Assembly (NCBI GenBank): GCA_964106915.2
Contig: OZ066915.1
Strand: one strand, 5' to 3'
Length of the DNA: 64,000 bases
Origin: Podarcis gaigeae
Lineage: Eukaryota
The notes under the pieces were generated by a model, which made no database searches, was not told the origin of the DNA, and saw only the letters and a program-made list of their open reading frames with translations. Position 1 is the first letter of the stretch. Each line of letters begins with the position of its first letter. Made by a program: the position numbers and the translations under genes. Shown here in pieces: positions 23,639 to 37,916 of the stretch.

Positions 23639-26600
23639 TTGTTCAGTCTCCTGCCCAGATGAATCCTGAGTTTACTCAGATGGGATTTGCTTATGATTTT
23701 CACCTTTGAAAAGGGAGAAAAACATAAAAGGCAGGCATTATGCCACACATTCAAATGTACAGCTCGTTAATGTTGCTTCCACAATTACTGAAGGTTAGTA
23801 AAGTTGGAGCCTTTTTCTTTGTCAGTTTATTTGTTTGGAAATAGCTGTGCCTTGCATTATTGTGGGTAATGTTTTTTGGACCCGGATTCTCCTGTTAGGC
23901 TACCAGATCTCATTATTTTTATGTCAGAAGTCAAGAATAATATTAGTATATAGATGTACTTGCACCCACAATTGTAAATCCAAGTTTTCTTTTTAACAGA
24001 AAGAATTTAGGCCTCACGTTTGTGAGAGGAAATTTTGAATGTGTAGTCTAATAATTTCCCATTTTGCCCCACCCCAAAGGCAGCAAATAATCTTATTAAA
24101 ACTACCTTTTAAGTCTGTGTAATTTGAAATACGCCCCCCACCCCAAACAAAAATGATGTATATGTGTGTGTCGTCGTCCCCCCCCCCAGCAAGATTCTCC
24201 CTGTATTAGGAATGGTTTGGGATATTGTGATAGAGATTGTGAAAGAGTTGACATAAATTGTCCCCTCCATTACTTTGAGCAAGCCATTGTTTCTGGTTAT
24301 CTGAATTTGTTAATCTGGGTATTCCGAATTGCTTTATAATTGCTTTATCAAAAGTTCAGGCTGGATCAAAGTGGCGTGAGTGGATGTCTACTCCTGCAAG
24401 GGGGGCTCCTCTTCATCTCGCAGTCTCCTGCAGAGCCCCACACCCTCAAAACCTGATTCACAGGGTTTGGGGGGGGGGACACATGGGGTGGGGGTGATGA
24501 GAAATTGGAAGACATTGCAGAAGCAAATATTTGTTGCACAAATGGACAGACATCATTTTAACATTTTAACCTTTTAAAATTCTTTTGCAAATGGGAAATG
24601 GTTGGAGAGAGAATATGTTGTATATGGGAATGCAAAGGAAACGGAAGTATATCAAAGTTTTACCCTATGCTACTAAACAGAATAAGCTCAAACTATGCCT
24701 TTAGAAAAAAAAATTGCAATTATTGAAATAATACTGTTGAAAATTGACTCTGGAACCATTCTGTGACCCTTTCCTACAGGAACATAAGAACAATCCATTA
24801 TGTGTTTCATACTTATATTTTAACAGGACTAAAATGAGGATTTATTTTTCCTTCCATGTGTTTCTTGTCATGCACATAGTTACAACAAGTTGCACTTAAT
24901 TATCACATTAATTAATAATGCAGATTCCTGGACCTACTTGGTCAGAGCTACAGCATAAAGGAATAAGAGAGAAGAGCAAGCAAAGCATACTATGGTTTTA
25001 CACTGTTTTAAAATGGGATCAGGTAAATTCATTGTGAATATAAATAGTGTTAGGCGTGATAGCTGTATGCTAACTCCAGGATCAGAGTGGAAGTCCTCCA
25101 AGTCTGTTTTAGTTGTCTGCTCTTGCTCTGCCTCTTTACATGAGAACTTTCTCCTGGCATCCCATTCTAGATTTCTGTGTGGCTCTTTTGTTGTCTTCTC
25201 AGACTCGGTGTGTTCAAAACAAAATATTTATTTTTCATTCAAAAGTAATTCTGTTTTCAAATACACTGTTCATCATGTAGAATCGTTCTGCCTGAAAAAA
25301 GAAATACAAAAGGCATTCATCCTCCTTGTATCAGGGCTATGCTTTTTTCAAACTTTAAAATGTAAGAATCTCCTTGGGAAGGATTATTTGTTTCCTTCCT
25401 AGATTTTGAATTAACATTATTTGAAAGCGGGAGAAACTTAAAATAACACAGTTGATGGCCCTTTGCTGAATAATAAAGGTTTGTATTTAAAATAACCTTG
25501 AAGGAATGTGCTTGTCATTTGTATCTCAGCCATTCATAATTCATCACAATTATTGCTTCAGTATCTAAGTAACATGAAATATACAAGGTGCCTGTGAAAT
25601 TCAAGTTACTTAACAGTCAGTTGCAAAGTGCAAATTAGTAATTCCCAATTTGCTAAGTATGATTTAAATATCATGGTAGTGACAACCAGCCTTCTAGTTT
25701 CTAAGAATGTGTAAGCAGTTGTCCTCTGATGCATCCCTCCATCCCAGCAGCACAAAACTGACTCCAAAACCAAAATATCTTACCAAGAGAAGGTGGCAAA
25801 TGCCCATTGTTGCAGATTGCTTTCACTTCTGAGTAGGGGCCATCACAGTGAGGAATCTTGGGTTGGTTTTTCCTTTCTTGATTTTGAGAGACAGATAGCT
25901 TAATAGTAGGAGCTTTTCTTGATAAGTAAATCCCACTTGCTGGGACGTACTTTAAAATTCATATACCTAAGAGTAATCTTAGCATTACATTTAAAAACAA
26001 AAACAAAAAACCAACTATGTAGTAATGGAATAGCATAGTTTTCAACCATTTTGTAAAATGAGCATTTGGAGTAGGATGCTAGAGTATTCTATGTGTAAAT
26101 TGGAAATGAATGAAGTGCTGATAGGGACCATCTTTTGAAGTGTCATGGAACAGTTCAAGCTGTTCTTTATTTCTATATCCTGTATTATTTGATTGTGAGC
26201 AGAAGTAGTGTGTTACTATAAACTTCCTGAAGCCATGGGAGGACAGCATTCTTTTTGCAAGTTTTGTTTGAAAATTTGAATATATATGTACTTTGATTCA
26301 TTATTATTTAGAAGTAAAAGTCATATTTCAAACCTTTTGAAACTGCAGATAAAATAATTAGTGGAAACAGGTTTAACAGGGGAGTGGGATTGTTATGTTA
26401 GGTAAAGTGAGACACAGGTTAAGAAGGATTGAGAATAGATGGCTATTTCCAGTGGGGTGGCCCCACCAGATATCAAACAATTTCTGAAAAATAAGCCACT
26501 ACAAACTAGTTATGTTTTATTCATGTTATTAGCATCATCAGCAATAATGGAGGTATTGTTGTTATTTATTGCATTAATAGGCATACATATGGGTGATTCA

Positions 26601-27573
26601 CAGCAAAATTTGTTGTATGTTTCTTTGGCATCTTGAGAAATGAAATATTATTTGTTTCTAAGTTTATGTGCAGGTGGGGTTTGGGGTTCCTGTTTTCTGC
26701 TGTGAATGTAGTAATAACCAGCATCATGTTCAGGAAATAAATTAACAGATGTATTGTCCCAACATGCTTGAGGCTAGCCTGAGGAGCTTGCTGCTCTTTA
26801 GAACAGTAGTTTGATTCCCACATTGTCTGATGAGCTGAGCAATGTAAATCGCTGTGGCTATCAATTTCCTCAGTTCTTGAAGTGGTGGAAAATAGAACTT
26901 GGGAGAGGAAAGGAAGTTATTGTTTTTGTACATCTCCAGGCAGAAGCCTACTGAGACTCTTTGTATTATTCTGAATACTGAGCATATCAGCCATCGGGAA
27001 TATTATATTAATATTAAGATTATCCATGTGCACTCAGAGGTTTCCAGCCTAATCCTAAGACTTGCTGTGCAGCCAAATACTGAAGAATGGACACAAAAGT
27101 TAGTGCAATTATATAAGATATTATATTGTTGTAGCATTGAGATGGGGGCGTGAATGTTGTATTTGGGACCCAACCAAGTCTCTTATTTTGTATCTGTAAT
27201 ATGGGAGTTTGTAGTAGTAGGGACTGCTGAAGTGGCCAAACCAGTTTTTTTGTTTAGTTAATGGTCCTAGCCAGGCCTGTAAGCACGGTTGGTCAAGTAC
27301 AGATGTGTTGGCATGACAACAATTGTCTGGTGATGCCCTTTCAGGAGAGGTAGGTTCACATCATCTTGTAGGCAGGAGAACAATAGTGCAAGAGCTAGCA
27401 TTTGTCTAGGGTGCTGGAGGTGGGAAGACACAGAGGCTTGTCTTGCTCTCTGTGCTGAATTCAAAGCTATGGCTCTGGAACACGCCCCCCCCCTAAAAAA
27501 AACCTATTGGGGAAGAAAGACCTATTCAAGTATTAATGCTGTGCATCCTACCATCTTGTGCTCAGGTTATATA

Positions 27574-27804
27574 CAGTGGTACCTTGGGTTACAAACGTTT
27601 CGGGTTACAAACACTTCAGGTTACAAACTCAGCTAATCCAGAAGTAGTACCTTGGGTTGTGAACTTTGCCCCAGGATGAGAACAGAAATTGCACAGCGGC
27701 GGCAGGAGGCCCCATTAGCTAAAGTGGTACCTCAGGTTAAGAGCAGTTTCGGGTTAAGAATGGACCTCTGGTGCAAATTAAGTTCGTAACCCAAGGTACC
27801 ACTG
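27574..27804 (+). mobile_element. pogo/Tigger-type MITE, subfamily A
   Basis: TA|CAGTGGTACCTTGGGTTAC ... GTAACCCAAGGTACCACTG|TA, perfect 19-bp TIR. Confidence 0.95.
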
Positions 27805-30040
27805 TATATGTGTGTGTAAATAAAGCCATTCATTCAAAGGAAACCAAAACCTGGGTAAGAACTGGAACTCCTGAAGTCTCTTGCTGCTTAGGAATTGAGG
27901 TACATGGAACAATATTATACTTATTTTTCAGTAAAACTATAATGCATAAACAAGAGTATTAAGTCCAAGTAAAATAATTATGAAAGAAAGACAAAACCAG
28001 GTGGAAAGTGGAAGTATATTTCCTTGTATTCACATACATATGGACCATGATTCCATTGCTGCTTTTCTTGCTCATGCTGCTTTGCTTACTGTAATTGTAA
28101 TGAGGTGGAATTTTGTGTGATTAGATTAGCAATGGTAGGATAGTGCACTTATTTTGCAATTATGAAGACAATATTTATTCCTGTTAAACCAAGGGGCCCC
28201 TGCAAATTCCCTCAATGCTCCATTTCATTGCTGCTCCCACCTGGTTTTCAGTTCTGTATGTGGGGGGGGGGTCCTGTTTTGGCTGCATATGTGAGAGCCC
28301 TAACAGCCTGAACATTGAAAACAGAGGGAATTATGGGATACAATCTAGCCAAAGTACCCTTATGTGTCATTCATTTCAGTGGAGAGTTAAGCAATTACTT
28401 AACCCTCTGCCACTGAAAACAAAGGTGTTTTACGAGTTTGGGTTGAGTTCTTTTTATTGACTTCCATGCAATAGAAATGCTCTCTGTGCTGTGCTTTGTC
28501 TCCTTCTTGCAATGCAGTTTAGAAGCCGCAAGCTGCCTTCTCAAGGAAACTATTTCAGAGTAATCCTTCTGAGGATTTCAGCCTCTCCTTGTATATGTTG
28601 CAGTACCATCTCCGGTCTTTTTAGTTTTGACCCAATTCTGAAACATTCAACTAGAGATGGTTCATTAAGTTTATAGTGATACTGCAAGACAATCAAAATT
28701 CCACTAGCTATTTCTCATTCTTTTTCAGCAAAAGGGTATACTTATTTATCATCCTGCATTTAAAAGCAAGTAAAGCTTTTTTTTTAAGTGCTTCATAGGC
28801 TCATATAAAATCTTAATTTCTGTCCCTATTACAGAATATTATTGGGCTTGTTCTTTATTTTAAGATTTTTATCCAGCTTGGCTAACCCTGGTTGATCAGT
28901 ATTTCAAAACAGTGATATATATTGAAGTCTTCCCATATTTAAGCTAGTAATTCAGTATGATACATGGGTACAACTGCTTTAACTATAGTGCAGAACCTTA
29001 GTGAGTTATCTGCTGATTCAAGACCAAAGTATACATAACATTGTCACATGCTTCAACCAACCTGGCCACATTACTTCGGAGCAGGGAAAGAGAGTATCTG
29101 GATTGGAGTCTTGTACAGGTTTGCAGAAAGTAGCACTTTAGGAGACAGCTGCTTTTTCTCCAAAATAAAAACAACCAGCAAAAGAATGCTTGCTTAAACA
29201 TATAAGTTTGGCCCTCAGTGCATCTTCTACTACAGACCGCAAAGGGGAATGTTTCATCTGCAAAAGTTACGGTGTTCTGTACCTTTTTCCTACATTTTCA
29301 GACAGAAGGTTGTAGGCTGAAATATTTGTTGGTTGATTCAGGGCTCATCCACAACATGTCTAAAGTTGACATGTAGGTCACTTGACATGATGTTTGGTTG
29401 CAACTTGCAAGTTGTTTTGGGTTGCCTTGGGCCAGATAAAGTGACTAACAAATTCTAATGATGATGATGATGGCGTTTCTACTAATATGTTGGCTTATCT
29501 GAATCTAAAATCTATTTTTTCACTAACCAATGGTAACATGAAAAGGTTTTTTAATTTAGTGTTGAGGTCTTCTCATTTCCCCCTGTCTCTTAACTTCTCA
29601 TCTTTGCTATTGACCCCTCCTCCTCCACACAACACCAACCCTACTTACCTCATTTCTTTCGTGTTGTTGATGCTGTTAATTTCTGGGTGAATTTACTGTA
29701 CATTGAGTGAATTTACAAGTCCCTTTGCACTTAATGGGGCTTACTTCTGAGTAGGAGTGCTTGAGGCTGAGTTGTTAGATGTGTTAGTCAGTAACGATTA
29801 CAGGATGGATTTTCCTTAGTCTGTTTGTAAGATAACTAGTAGTTCTGGGGCATGAAGTTTAGTGCTTGCTTACTTGTTCATTACTGAGAGGGATTGTTTG
29901 AGGAAGAGACATACCCCCTCCCCAGCTTGCAAACCACACACACTTTGGCAAAGGAACAAACCCAAAGCCCTCTTTTCTCTCCCTACTCCTTCAACTTGCA
30001 AAAGCTTTCCTTATTTCTTTTTCTCCTATTCCTTCCCTTC

Positions 30041-30227
30041 CATTAGGATCCAACTCCTAGGGGTTGTGGGGGCTTTGGCCCCATAATAAAATATTTGAGG
30101 GGGTCGGGCACCCCAAAGTTGATGGCCATTGCCATTCAAAGGGTGTGCGTGCACTGTCATGTGACTATTTATGAGGGGTGGGGCTTACCTGGGGCCCCAC
30201 AATATCTTATTCAAGTTGGCACCCCTG
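30041..30227. mobile_element. hAT-type MITE
   Basis: Right TIR GTTGGCACCCCTG, degenerate left TIR ending CCAACTCCTAGGGG, and internal AATATTTGAGGGGG / GCCCCACAATAT motifs as in 11195-11389. Confidence 0.7.
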
Positions 30228-33200
30228 GGCAGCAAATGAGCCAGAGCTGATACTCAGGCTGCTCAGATAGACCAAGCTAGGCTGCCACCCTTGCTTCAGT
30301 GTGTGCATGGCCTCTATTTTCCCTAGCATCCCAGACACCTGCATGCAAGTGGCAAATGGGCAAGGGACGCAGACAGGAAGGAGGAAGGCAGGCTGGCTAA
30401 GATAGAGACCACGCTGGAACCTGGGTCCTTGCTTCTCATGGTGGGGGTGTGTGCTCCTTCTAAGGTATTTACAGCAATAACGTGCAGCACAGTCTGGTAA
30501 TAAAAAAGAAACAATATTGTTGCACGCCATCCCAATCTCTGAGCAGTGCAAGATTGCAGGGGTTCCAGGTGTTTACTCAAAGCTCGTGTTTCCTTCGGAA
30601 TGAGGGAAACTGTGGTGTCTTTATGATATATAGTTTTCACACTTGCTGGATCTAGGGCTTAGAAGGGTCTCAGCAGTCAGGCTACCCCTGCCAACTAATA
30701 ACAATTTGATGAAACACATACCCCCAAAGCACCCACACAGCACATGAATTTCCCTTCTTTCTACCAGAAGCAGTACACAGTGAGAGGTTTATGGGGTATT
30801 GCTTATGCAAAGCCACGGGCAGAAAATTATAACGGGCAATGTTATACAAAATATGCAGATGTGTGTTCCTTGTAGGAACAGTTTGTGGGAGCAATGAACA
30901 AACCACATAGGTATGGAGGCACAGAGGGCTATAGTGCACAAAATGGATTTGAGATGTGGATGAGTCCTTCGTGTCTGTGCTCACTGCCAGAGATTCAGGA
31001 AGTATGTTTGGAAAAGGATGTTCATGCACGAACTGAGGCTGAGCAAGCTGGGCACCCTGTATTGATTCTGCAGTTATTTCAATGGATATGTGTAGGTGCA
31101 GATCATTGTTAGAGGACAGATCAGCCCAGTTCAGGTCTATACTATGCACAGTATTAGATATACAGCAGGAGTGCAACCAGTCTCCAACAGCTGGCCTAGA
31201 GTGTATTGACAATTATATTGGTCATGGTGTTTGGAGCTGCTAGACATGTACTGATTACCTGGGCCATTCAATGTTGCTAATATGAATGTGTGCTGTATGA
31301 GGTGGAGCTGAGATTGTCAGGAAAGAATGTCTCTGCTCAGCAGCTTGAAGATGCTAAGCTGTCACAGAAATGTTAACAGTCCGAGAAATACAAAACAGGC
31401 AATTATGTAATTGTTCATTTCAATGTAATTTCCGACTCTGAAAAGAAGGGTAAATCAAAGTAGCATTGGAAGCATAGCCTCAGTTTAGAGGATGTTTCCA
31501 TTGCACACTTTTTCTATAACAGCTTCTCTTCAAGCTTTCCCCCAATATTTATTTTAGTCTAATTAGCTCTTACCTATATCTCTGTGAAATTCTGTATGCC
31601 TATTATTGTGTTAGTATTGTCTCATGTCTTACCAACAGGTGCACGATACTATTTTTTTTAATCATGTGATGTTTGGAAACCAGATTTTGTGGCATGGTAG
31701 AATTTCTAAATGAAGATAAATTTAAACTCCTTTATCTTAAAATAAGCACATTTCCTGCCTTATTCTTAATGTTTCATATACGTGCCTCTGCTGTGAAAGT
31801 ATGTATGTATGTGCCTGGCTCTACAGTATGGAACTGACATCGAGTGGTCAATCAGCGGCCTTTCTGTAATTAAAATGGTGTGCTGACCTATTCAGACATG
31901 GAAGCAAAATATTATCTTTGCTTACCAAATAATGTAAGAGAAGAATAATTATAGAATCAAATACAAAATTCTTGTTCTATGTATTAATGAACCTGGTGCC
32001 AGAAACATTTAATGTATTCCTATAACCATTGGAGAGTAAGGATTGTAGGTAAGATGGAATAGGATGCTGCTCACAGCACTGGCTGTTAGTGTAGAGCCTG
32101 TGGAGAAGCTCTGACAGCAATGAGCCTACAGCAAAGTTTGTAGAGAGAGAAGCACCTAGTGAGCCAAACATGTGGGCCCAGAGACAAAGGGGGTCTCTGT
32201 TGTGAGCTATTAAAAGCCCCTTAGTTTTTGAGAAGGGGGGAAGCCACAAAGAAAGAAGCTGAATGTTAACCAGGCGGTGAACTGGGTTAACTTTCTCTTA
32301 ACTGGGGTCAGAAATTTGCAGAAACACTCACATATAGTTACCTGAGTAAATAAAAAAAGTTCCTTCCATGAAGAGAGTGTCCTGATGTGCAGAGGGACAG
32401 ACAACAACTGACATTCATTTTCAATTTTGCGCTGTGAAATACACACTTCAGTTGATATTTACTAATCCTAGCTTTCTTATTAGCAATGGTGACTAACTCA
32501 ATAGAAGCTAATAAGAGTGTCTCTCAATAACTCAGTGCTTGCTTCTTCTTCTTTGTACTGGAAGGGTTACCTTCCAGACATAGTTGCCAAACGTAGGAAA
32601 AATTAAGTGATTCTACAAATGAAGTTATCTCATGTGCTTCCATTATTGTGGATAATTTTCTGATCAGAGCTTCCTGTTCACCCTGATTCCAAGTACACAA
32701 TGGAATCATGTGGTGATGGTTTTAGCTGCTTTGCCGTTTTTTGTTGCATACCTGTGAGGAATTCGTTGTTTGCATTTTCTTTCTTGACAATCTGGCAATG
32801 TTTTTAGCTGCATGAGAAACATTGTTTACATAGTGTTCTCTAGAGAGCAGACTACATTTACCTTTGCCTTTCGTTCTAAACTGAGCATCTTTTAGTCATG
32901 AAGGACATATGGGCCTGCGAGGATTGAATTTACCTAGTTTTATCCACATCTAGTCTATTACCCACACACTGGGATGAAAACTTTCAGAATGCATATTTAT
33001 GATCTCAAGATAAATGTTCATTCTCTCTATCAATGGGGTGCTTTACCATACCTACTGTGTGTGGCACTCTCTCTTATGACTGATGGATATGCATATGCAA
33101 ATAGGTATGCAGATGAAGTCATAGCACTCTGAGAAAATGCTTCCAGTAAGGTCTTTTTAGTTCAGAAATAGAATGATAACACACTTAGAGATAAATTAAT

Positions 33201-35679
33201 TGAAAGCCTGAGGTGAGCATCTTGGCACTTTTATAGCCAGTCATGTTGGATACCTGACACCTAAAAAAATATATTAGAGAAGCTGGTTTTATATTTGTAA
33301 TCTCAGCAGCATAACCTCTACACATAGCCTCACAAACACACTGATCTCCCGCCCTTTAAACTTAACATAAACTTATTCAAGACAGTATTTTTTGGCCTGG
33401 GTGGAACTGCACATTTTAGCAATGCTACAAGTCAGAAAGTGTTATCTCTTGAAGGGGAAAAAATGTATTATTTTAAAATATGCAGAAAAACTCTTTGCCA
33501 ACAGAATTGATGTCAACAGTGAACATTTCTCACTTCGTGCAATCTACAGGAACCAACTTTATATTTTGTGCATATCTGAGTGAACATGCAAATTAAGGTT
33601 TTGGCTTACCGTGATAATTTTAAGCTAAAGGCTGCTATCTTTTACTATATACTTAAGGATGCATGCTTATATAAGTAGGCTACAATAAAAGTGAGGCAAT
33701 AGTAAAAGAGTTAATAGTTTGATCTCAGGAATGTAGTTAATTAAATGTACCTTATTAATACAAACATGGATGAATATTTCATTGAATGCAATAAAATATA
33801 TAGAAGTCTGCGCTGCAGGAAAACAAGATGTTATAATATCAAATACAGCCTTCTATCTCTCTATCTATCTTTCTGTGCATCTATCTATATGCACAACACA
33901 CTGTCAGGAGCATAAAAATATTTTAAACCAATATCAAAATTTTTAAAAACTAAAACAGCAGCACAAAGAAATTCCTAATGCAGACCAATAAATGAATGTT
34001 ACAATTTAAAAAGAGAGCAATAACTGTTTCCAAATCCAGCAGATAATTTAAACCAAAGACAGATTGAAATAAAAAGGCTTTAAAGCCTGCTTTAGGATAT
34101 TATTCTCTATTTAGAATTCTTTCTGCACAGACTTCTATCCTGAGATCACTGTGCAGAGCTTAAAAGAAAGCAAATTATATCTCAGGCTACATATATATAG
34201 TCTACCTTCTAAAAGTCTTCAAGACGGTATACAAAACTTGAGAGTCAAGATTACCAAAGTACAGTAAACTGAAAAGTCACAATTATTGTATTCAAGCTTT
34301 ACTGTTCAATGAAAAGGGGGGAGAGAGTTGAGAAGTAAAATTTCCAAAAATTTTGAAGCCGTGTGGCAAGGGGAAATATATATTTTTTTGGGGGGGGTGA
34401 AAAATATGCAATACATTTCTTTACAGATCAAAAGTCCCTTTGTTACTTTAGGAATAAAATGTAATCTGTATAACTGGGTTTGCAATTAAATGATCATATG
34501 TAGTATATTAAAAGTACAGTTTATTCAGACCATAATTACAAATTGAATTTACTTTTAAATTCTTAGTTACAAATGGAGCAACAAGCTGTTAAGAAACCTA
34601 GCATTTATGTCATTTTGCCTATTGATGAGAAGCAGGCAAAATAACAATAAAACAAGAAGAATACTCAACATTATTGTAAAAAATTGAAACCTGTAGTTTG
34701 AAAATAAATGTCTCCTCCATTTCTCCAGTGTCAAGCAGACATAAAGCCCCTGTAAAAGCTGCGGCCAGATTGGGTTTAGGTTTGGTGCCGCCTGACCTTC
34801 AATAGGCAACATTGCAAGTTTGCATAAAGAAATAAGTAATACAAACAGGAAGCTGCCGTCTTGGTTCCTCCCTGCTCCTTCCTCCCTCAGTTTTTAATTT
34901 TGCCTCGCAGAAAATGGTCATTTCTTCCTGAGACTCCTGGTGTTCACCTTTTTTCAGGCCGGTTAATTCCTTGTTTGTTCTACCTCTTGTTGAATTTTCT
35001 CTGTGCCTCTAGTTCCTTTACTGTCTGGCTTTGATTGTTACTTATTTTCACAACCTTTAAGTATCAGTAGCCTCCATATTTCTTCCTCTCCCACCTCAAT
35101 GCTCCCGGCAGTTAAGGCTATGGAAGCTGAAACTGATAGTTCTCAGTGGGGAGTTAGCCAGCCCCCCCTTTTCTAACTTTCCCAGCTCTTTGCTAACGAT
35201 CTGCAATAACTGGCTATTGTTCAGCCTGCTTCTTTGCCTGCATTTAAATGGTAAAGAAACAGAAGAAATTCTCACAGACTTTTTTCATGAAAAGATGTGA
35301 GAAAAAGAGAGAAAGGGACCAGGACCCCTTGAATACTACATCGGTACATTTCTGTTCTATCAGAAAAATTGTCATCATATTTATAATAAATATTTTTCAT
35401 TATATTCATCAGAAATGCATTTCCCAGTGATGTTTGAGTCTTCAAATCATGGCATGGGTCACTGCCCCTGTTACCACACCCGTCATGACCCTTTGTTGAG
35501 GGTGGAGCCTGGTACCTTCTTGCTAAGTGTTCCTCTCCATGATACCATCAAGCCTAGCTGCAGAATCCCTTCACTATAGAATAATGCAGGGGTACACACT
35601 TCCAAAATATGAGAAAAATGGGAGGAGCCAGGCATGTGCTTTGGCCAAAATAAGCCCAGCAAGCACTTCAGTTAGAGGA

Positions 35680-35712
35680 GGGACATAAACAGTTGGTTAG
35701 AGCATGGTGCTG
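35680..35712 (+). mobile_element. tRNA-Ile-like SINE head fragment
   Basis: CAGTTGGTTAGAGCATGGTGCTGA matches the 5' half of vertebrate tRNA-Ile. It ends abruptly at the MITE. Confidence 0.55.
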
Positions 35713-35896
35713 AAGAGCTTTCCATACCTTTCATGTTGGTGACACACTTTTTAGACATGCATCATTTGCGACACAGTAATTCAGTTTTACTAGCAAACTG
35801 GAGGTTAAACTAACCCCTTTCCAGTGTTTGCACAACACACTTACACATTGCCCCCGACACACTAACGTGTCACGACACATAGTTTGGAAAGCTCTG
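35713..35896 (+). mobile_element. hAT-type MITE
   Basis: TIRs AGAGCTTTCCATAC / GTTTGGAAAGCTCTG. A second copy lies at 462-607. No TSD seen. Confidence 0.85.
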
Positions 35897-35988
35897 GACT
35901 AGCCTATTTAATGGAGCTTCCTTTTAAGGCTCTGTGAAATTTGGTGGTGTGCATTAAGTAATCATAATGCCTAGGTAGGATCAGTGAA

Positions 35989-36390
35989 GACTCTGGTTCA
36001 GTCTAGACTAAAGCTAAACCATGGACAAGCATATATGGGTTCCCAGGGAGAAGATCATGGCCACTTTTTTCCTCTCCAGGCCTGCTGCTGCCATACTGCT
36101 GTAAGCTGAGCCATGTTTGGCTTGGTCTTACATCCAAACCCAGGCTACTGTTTTATCTGCCCCAGACAAACCATGAGTGGTAAGTCATTGAACAAACCAC
36201 GGCTATGCTTCATGGCTTGTCTGGAGTTAAATTTGGCTGCAATCACAACACGAAGCCAAACCATGGCTTAGCCCACAGCAGCAGGAGCAGAGATGTAGCA
36301 AAGCAGCTGCAGTCTTCTATCTGGCACCCCATATATTTCTTCATTCACAATAAACCCTGCTTTAGCTTAGCATTACATGTGAACTGGGTC
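35989..36390. mobile_element. ~400-bp foldback-type non-autonomous DNA element
   Basis: Degenerate inverted termini (GACTCTGGTTCA...AAGCTAAAC / GCTTTAGCTTAG...TGAACTGGGTC) plus inner inverted arms GCTGAGCCATGTTTGGCTT / AAGCCAAACCATGGCTTAGC. Confidence 0.7.
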
Positions 36391-36560
36391 TCTGGCAAAA
36401 GAGCACCTGAGTTCAAATGACCATTAATATCACTTTGTGGCCTAGAGCAGTTTACCATCTGTCAGTCAACCTGCCTTGCAGGATTAAAGGGGATAAATTG
36501 AGTAATCCCATGAAAATTATTCATTTCTTGGAAGAGTTGAGATACACGTGATAAATAAAT
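36391..36560 (+). mobile_element. Old tRNA-derived SINE with L2-type tail
   Basis: B-box GAGTTCAAAT, CORE-like middle (CAACCTGCCTTGCAGGATT), ending TTGGAAGAG...ATAAATAAAT. Confidence 0.5.
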
Positions 36561-37916
36561 TCTACATTTACTTTGTACTGTTCAGTCTTCAGAGCCAGTA
36601 GGTAGCTTTTGCGTGTGTATCTGTATTTGTGTGTGAGAAAGACTACATTTTATTACAAATTATGAGCACAATTCAGCTAGAGTTAAGCAGTTTAACTTTA
36701 GTTGCCCCACATTTCCAGTTACCAAAAGGTTTTCTCTTTAACTTATAAGTTGTATATCAAAACGATAGTTTTCTTTAAAAATAACGATCAGGTCATCATA
36801 TATTGAAAGTTGTGTGAACAGTCAAAAGTTGCTGCCAATTAAAATGTTCCCCAAACAGCTAAAGTGCTTCATGCAATGTCAGAAATACTGACAAACCTCC
36901 CAAAGCAGAGTCTTTAAAATCCGAAAGTTCTGCTCTTTTGCTCAAAGTTCTAGAAGTTCAAAAAGAAAGGGAAGGGGAGGCTATTGAAATAAAGAAAAAC
37001 TGTATTATATTCCAAAGTTGTTTCAGTATGTTTAAGAGTTGAAAATAATCCTCTGTAGCTCAATAAAAAAGAAATATCACTGCCTTATAAGCCCACTTCA
37101 GTCATTCTTTCTTTTCTTTTTTTAAAAACTTTCCCTTTGAAGCTAAACACTTGATGGATTAGCCAAGTGCTAAAGAAAATGCCCTCTTTTATGTGTGAAA
37201 GCTTCGTAATTGCTGCAGAAAGATGCTTAGTGGCTCATAATATACATATAATCAGATTAGTTTTGAATCTTACCTCAGCTGAGAGTGTAGAAATCATCCA
37301 ATTTGTGAATGTTTTTAGTGTCTTCTGTTTTTGTTTTTTAAAAAATATGTGCATTTTTGTTACCCTCAAAGAGTTCCAACAACAAGTTCATATCAGCATC
37401 TTAGTAAGCAGGGCAGGTGAATGTTTAATAGTTCAGTAAGAGGAATATTACACCTCTGTCTAAGGCTCTGAATAAGTTTTTGTCTGATAGTTGTGTATTC
37501 TGGGTATGCCACTTAGAACTCTAAGGCCAGATTGTACAGTTAAATTATTGAGAAAGATACAGTTGGCAAATCTTCTCTCAAAGCTCAGTGCCATGACTGC
37601 CTCTGATCCTTTAATTATTTTACCTTGTGTGGTTGTAATATTTTTCTTCACGGGACTAGCTATCAAGCAGTGGAGATGTGCAAAATTGGAATCAATTTAA
37701 ACAGTCATATCTCAAGACGGCCTCTGTGAAACCTGGAAGCTTTCAAAAAGACCAGACATGAGTGACCTGGTGCCCCATTGAAAAAATCATTTCTTCCTTC
37801 TTTTACCTATCCTTTTATGGTAATAATTAATTCTAAGAGGTCCAAAATGATAAGAAATAATACAAAGTATATGGTTGCATTTACTGAATCCAAGTTAGAA
37901 TGTAACCCCATATATG

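Noticed and set aside
24992-25402. 136-aa ORF and a minus-strand acceptor near 25291
   Set aside because: F/S/C/L-rich low-information translation; minus-strand frames after the acceptor close quickly.
30682-31212. Longest ORF (176 aa, minus strand)
   Set aside because: Non-ATG start, no recognisable domain, composition typical of random non-coding translation.
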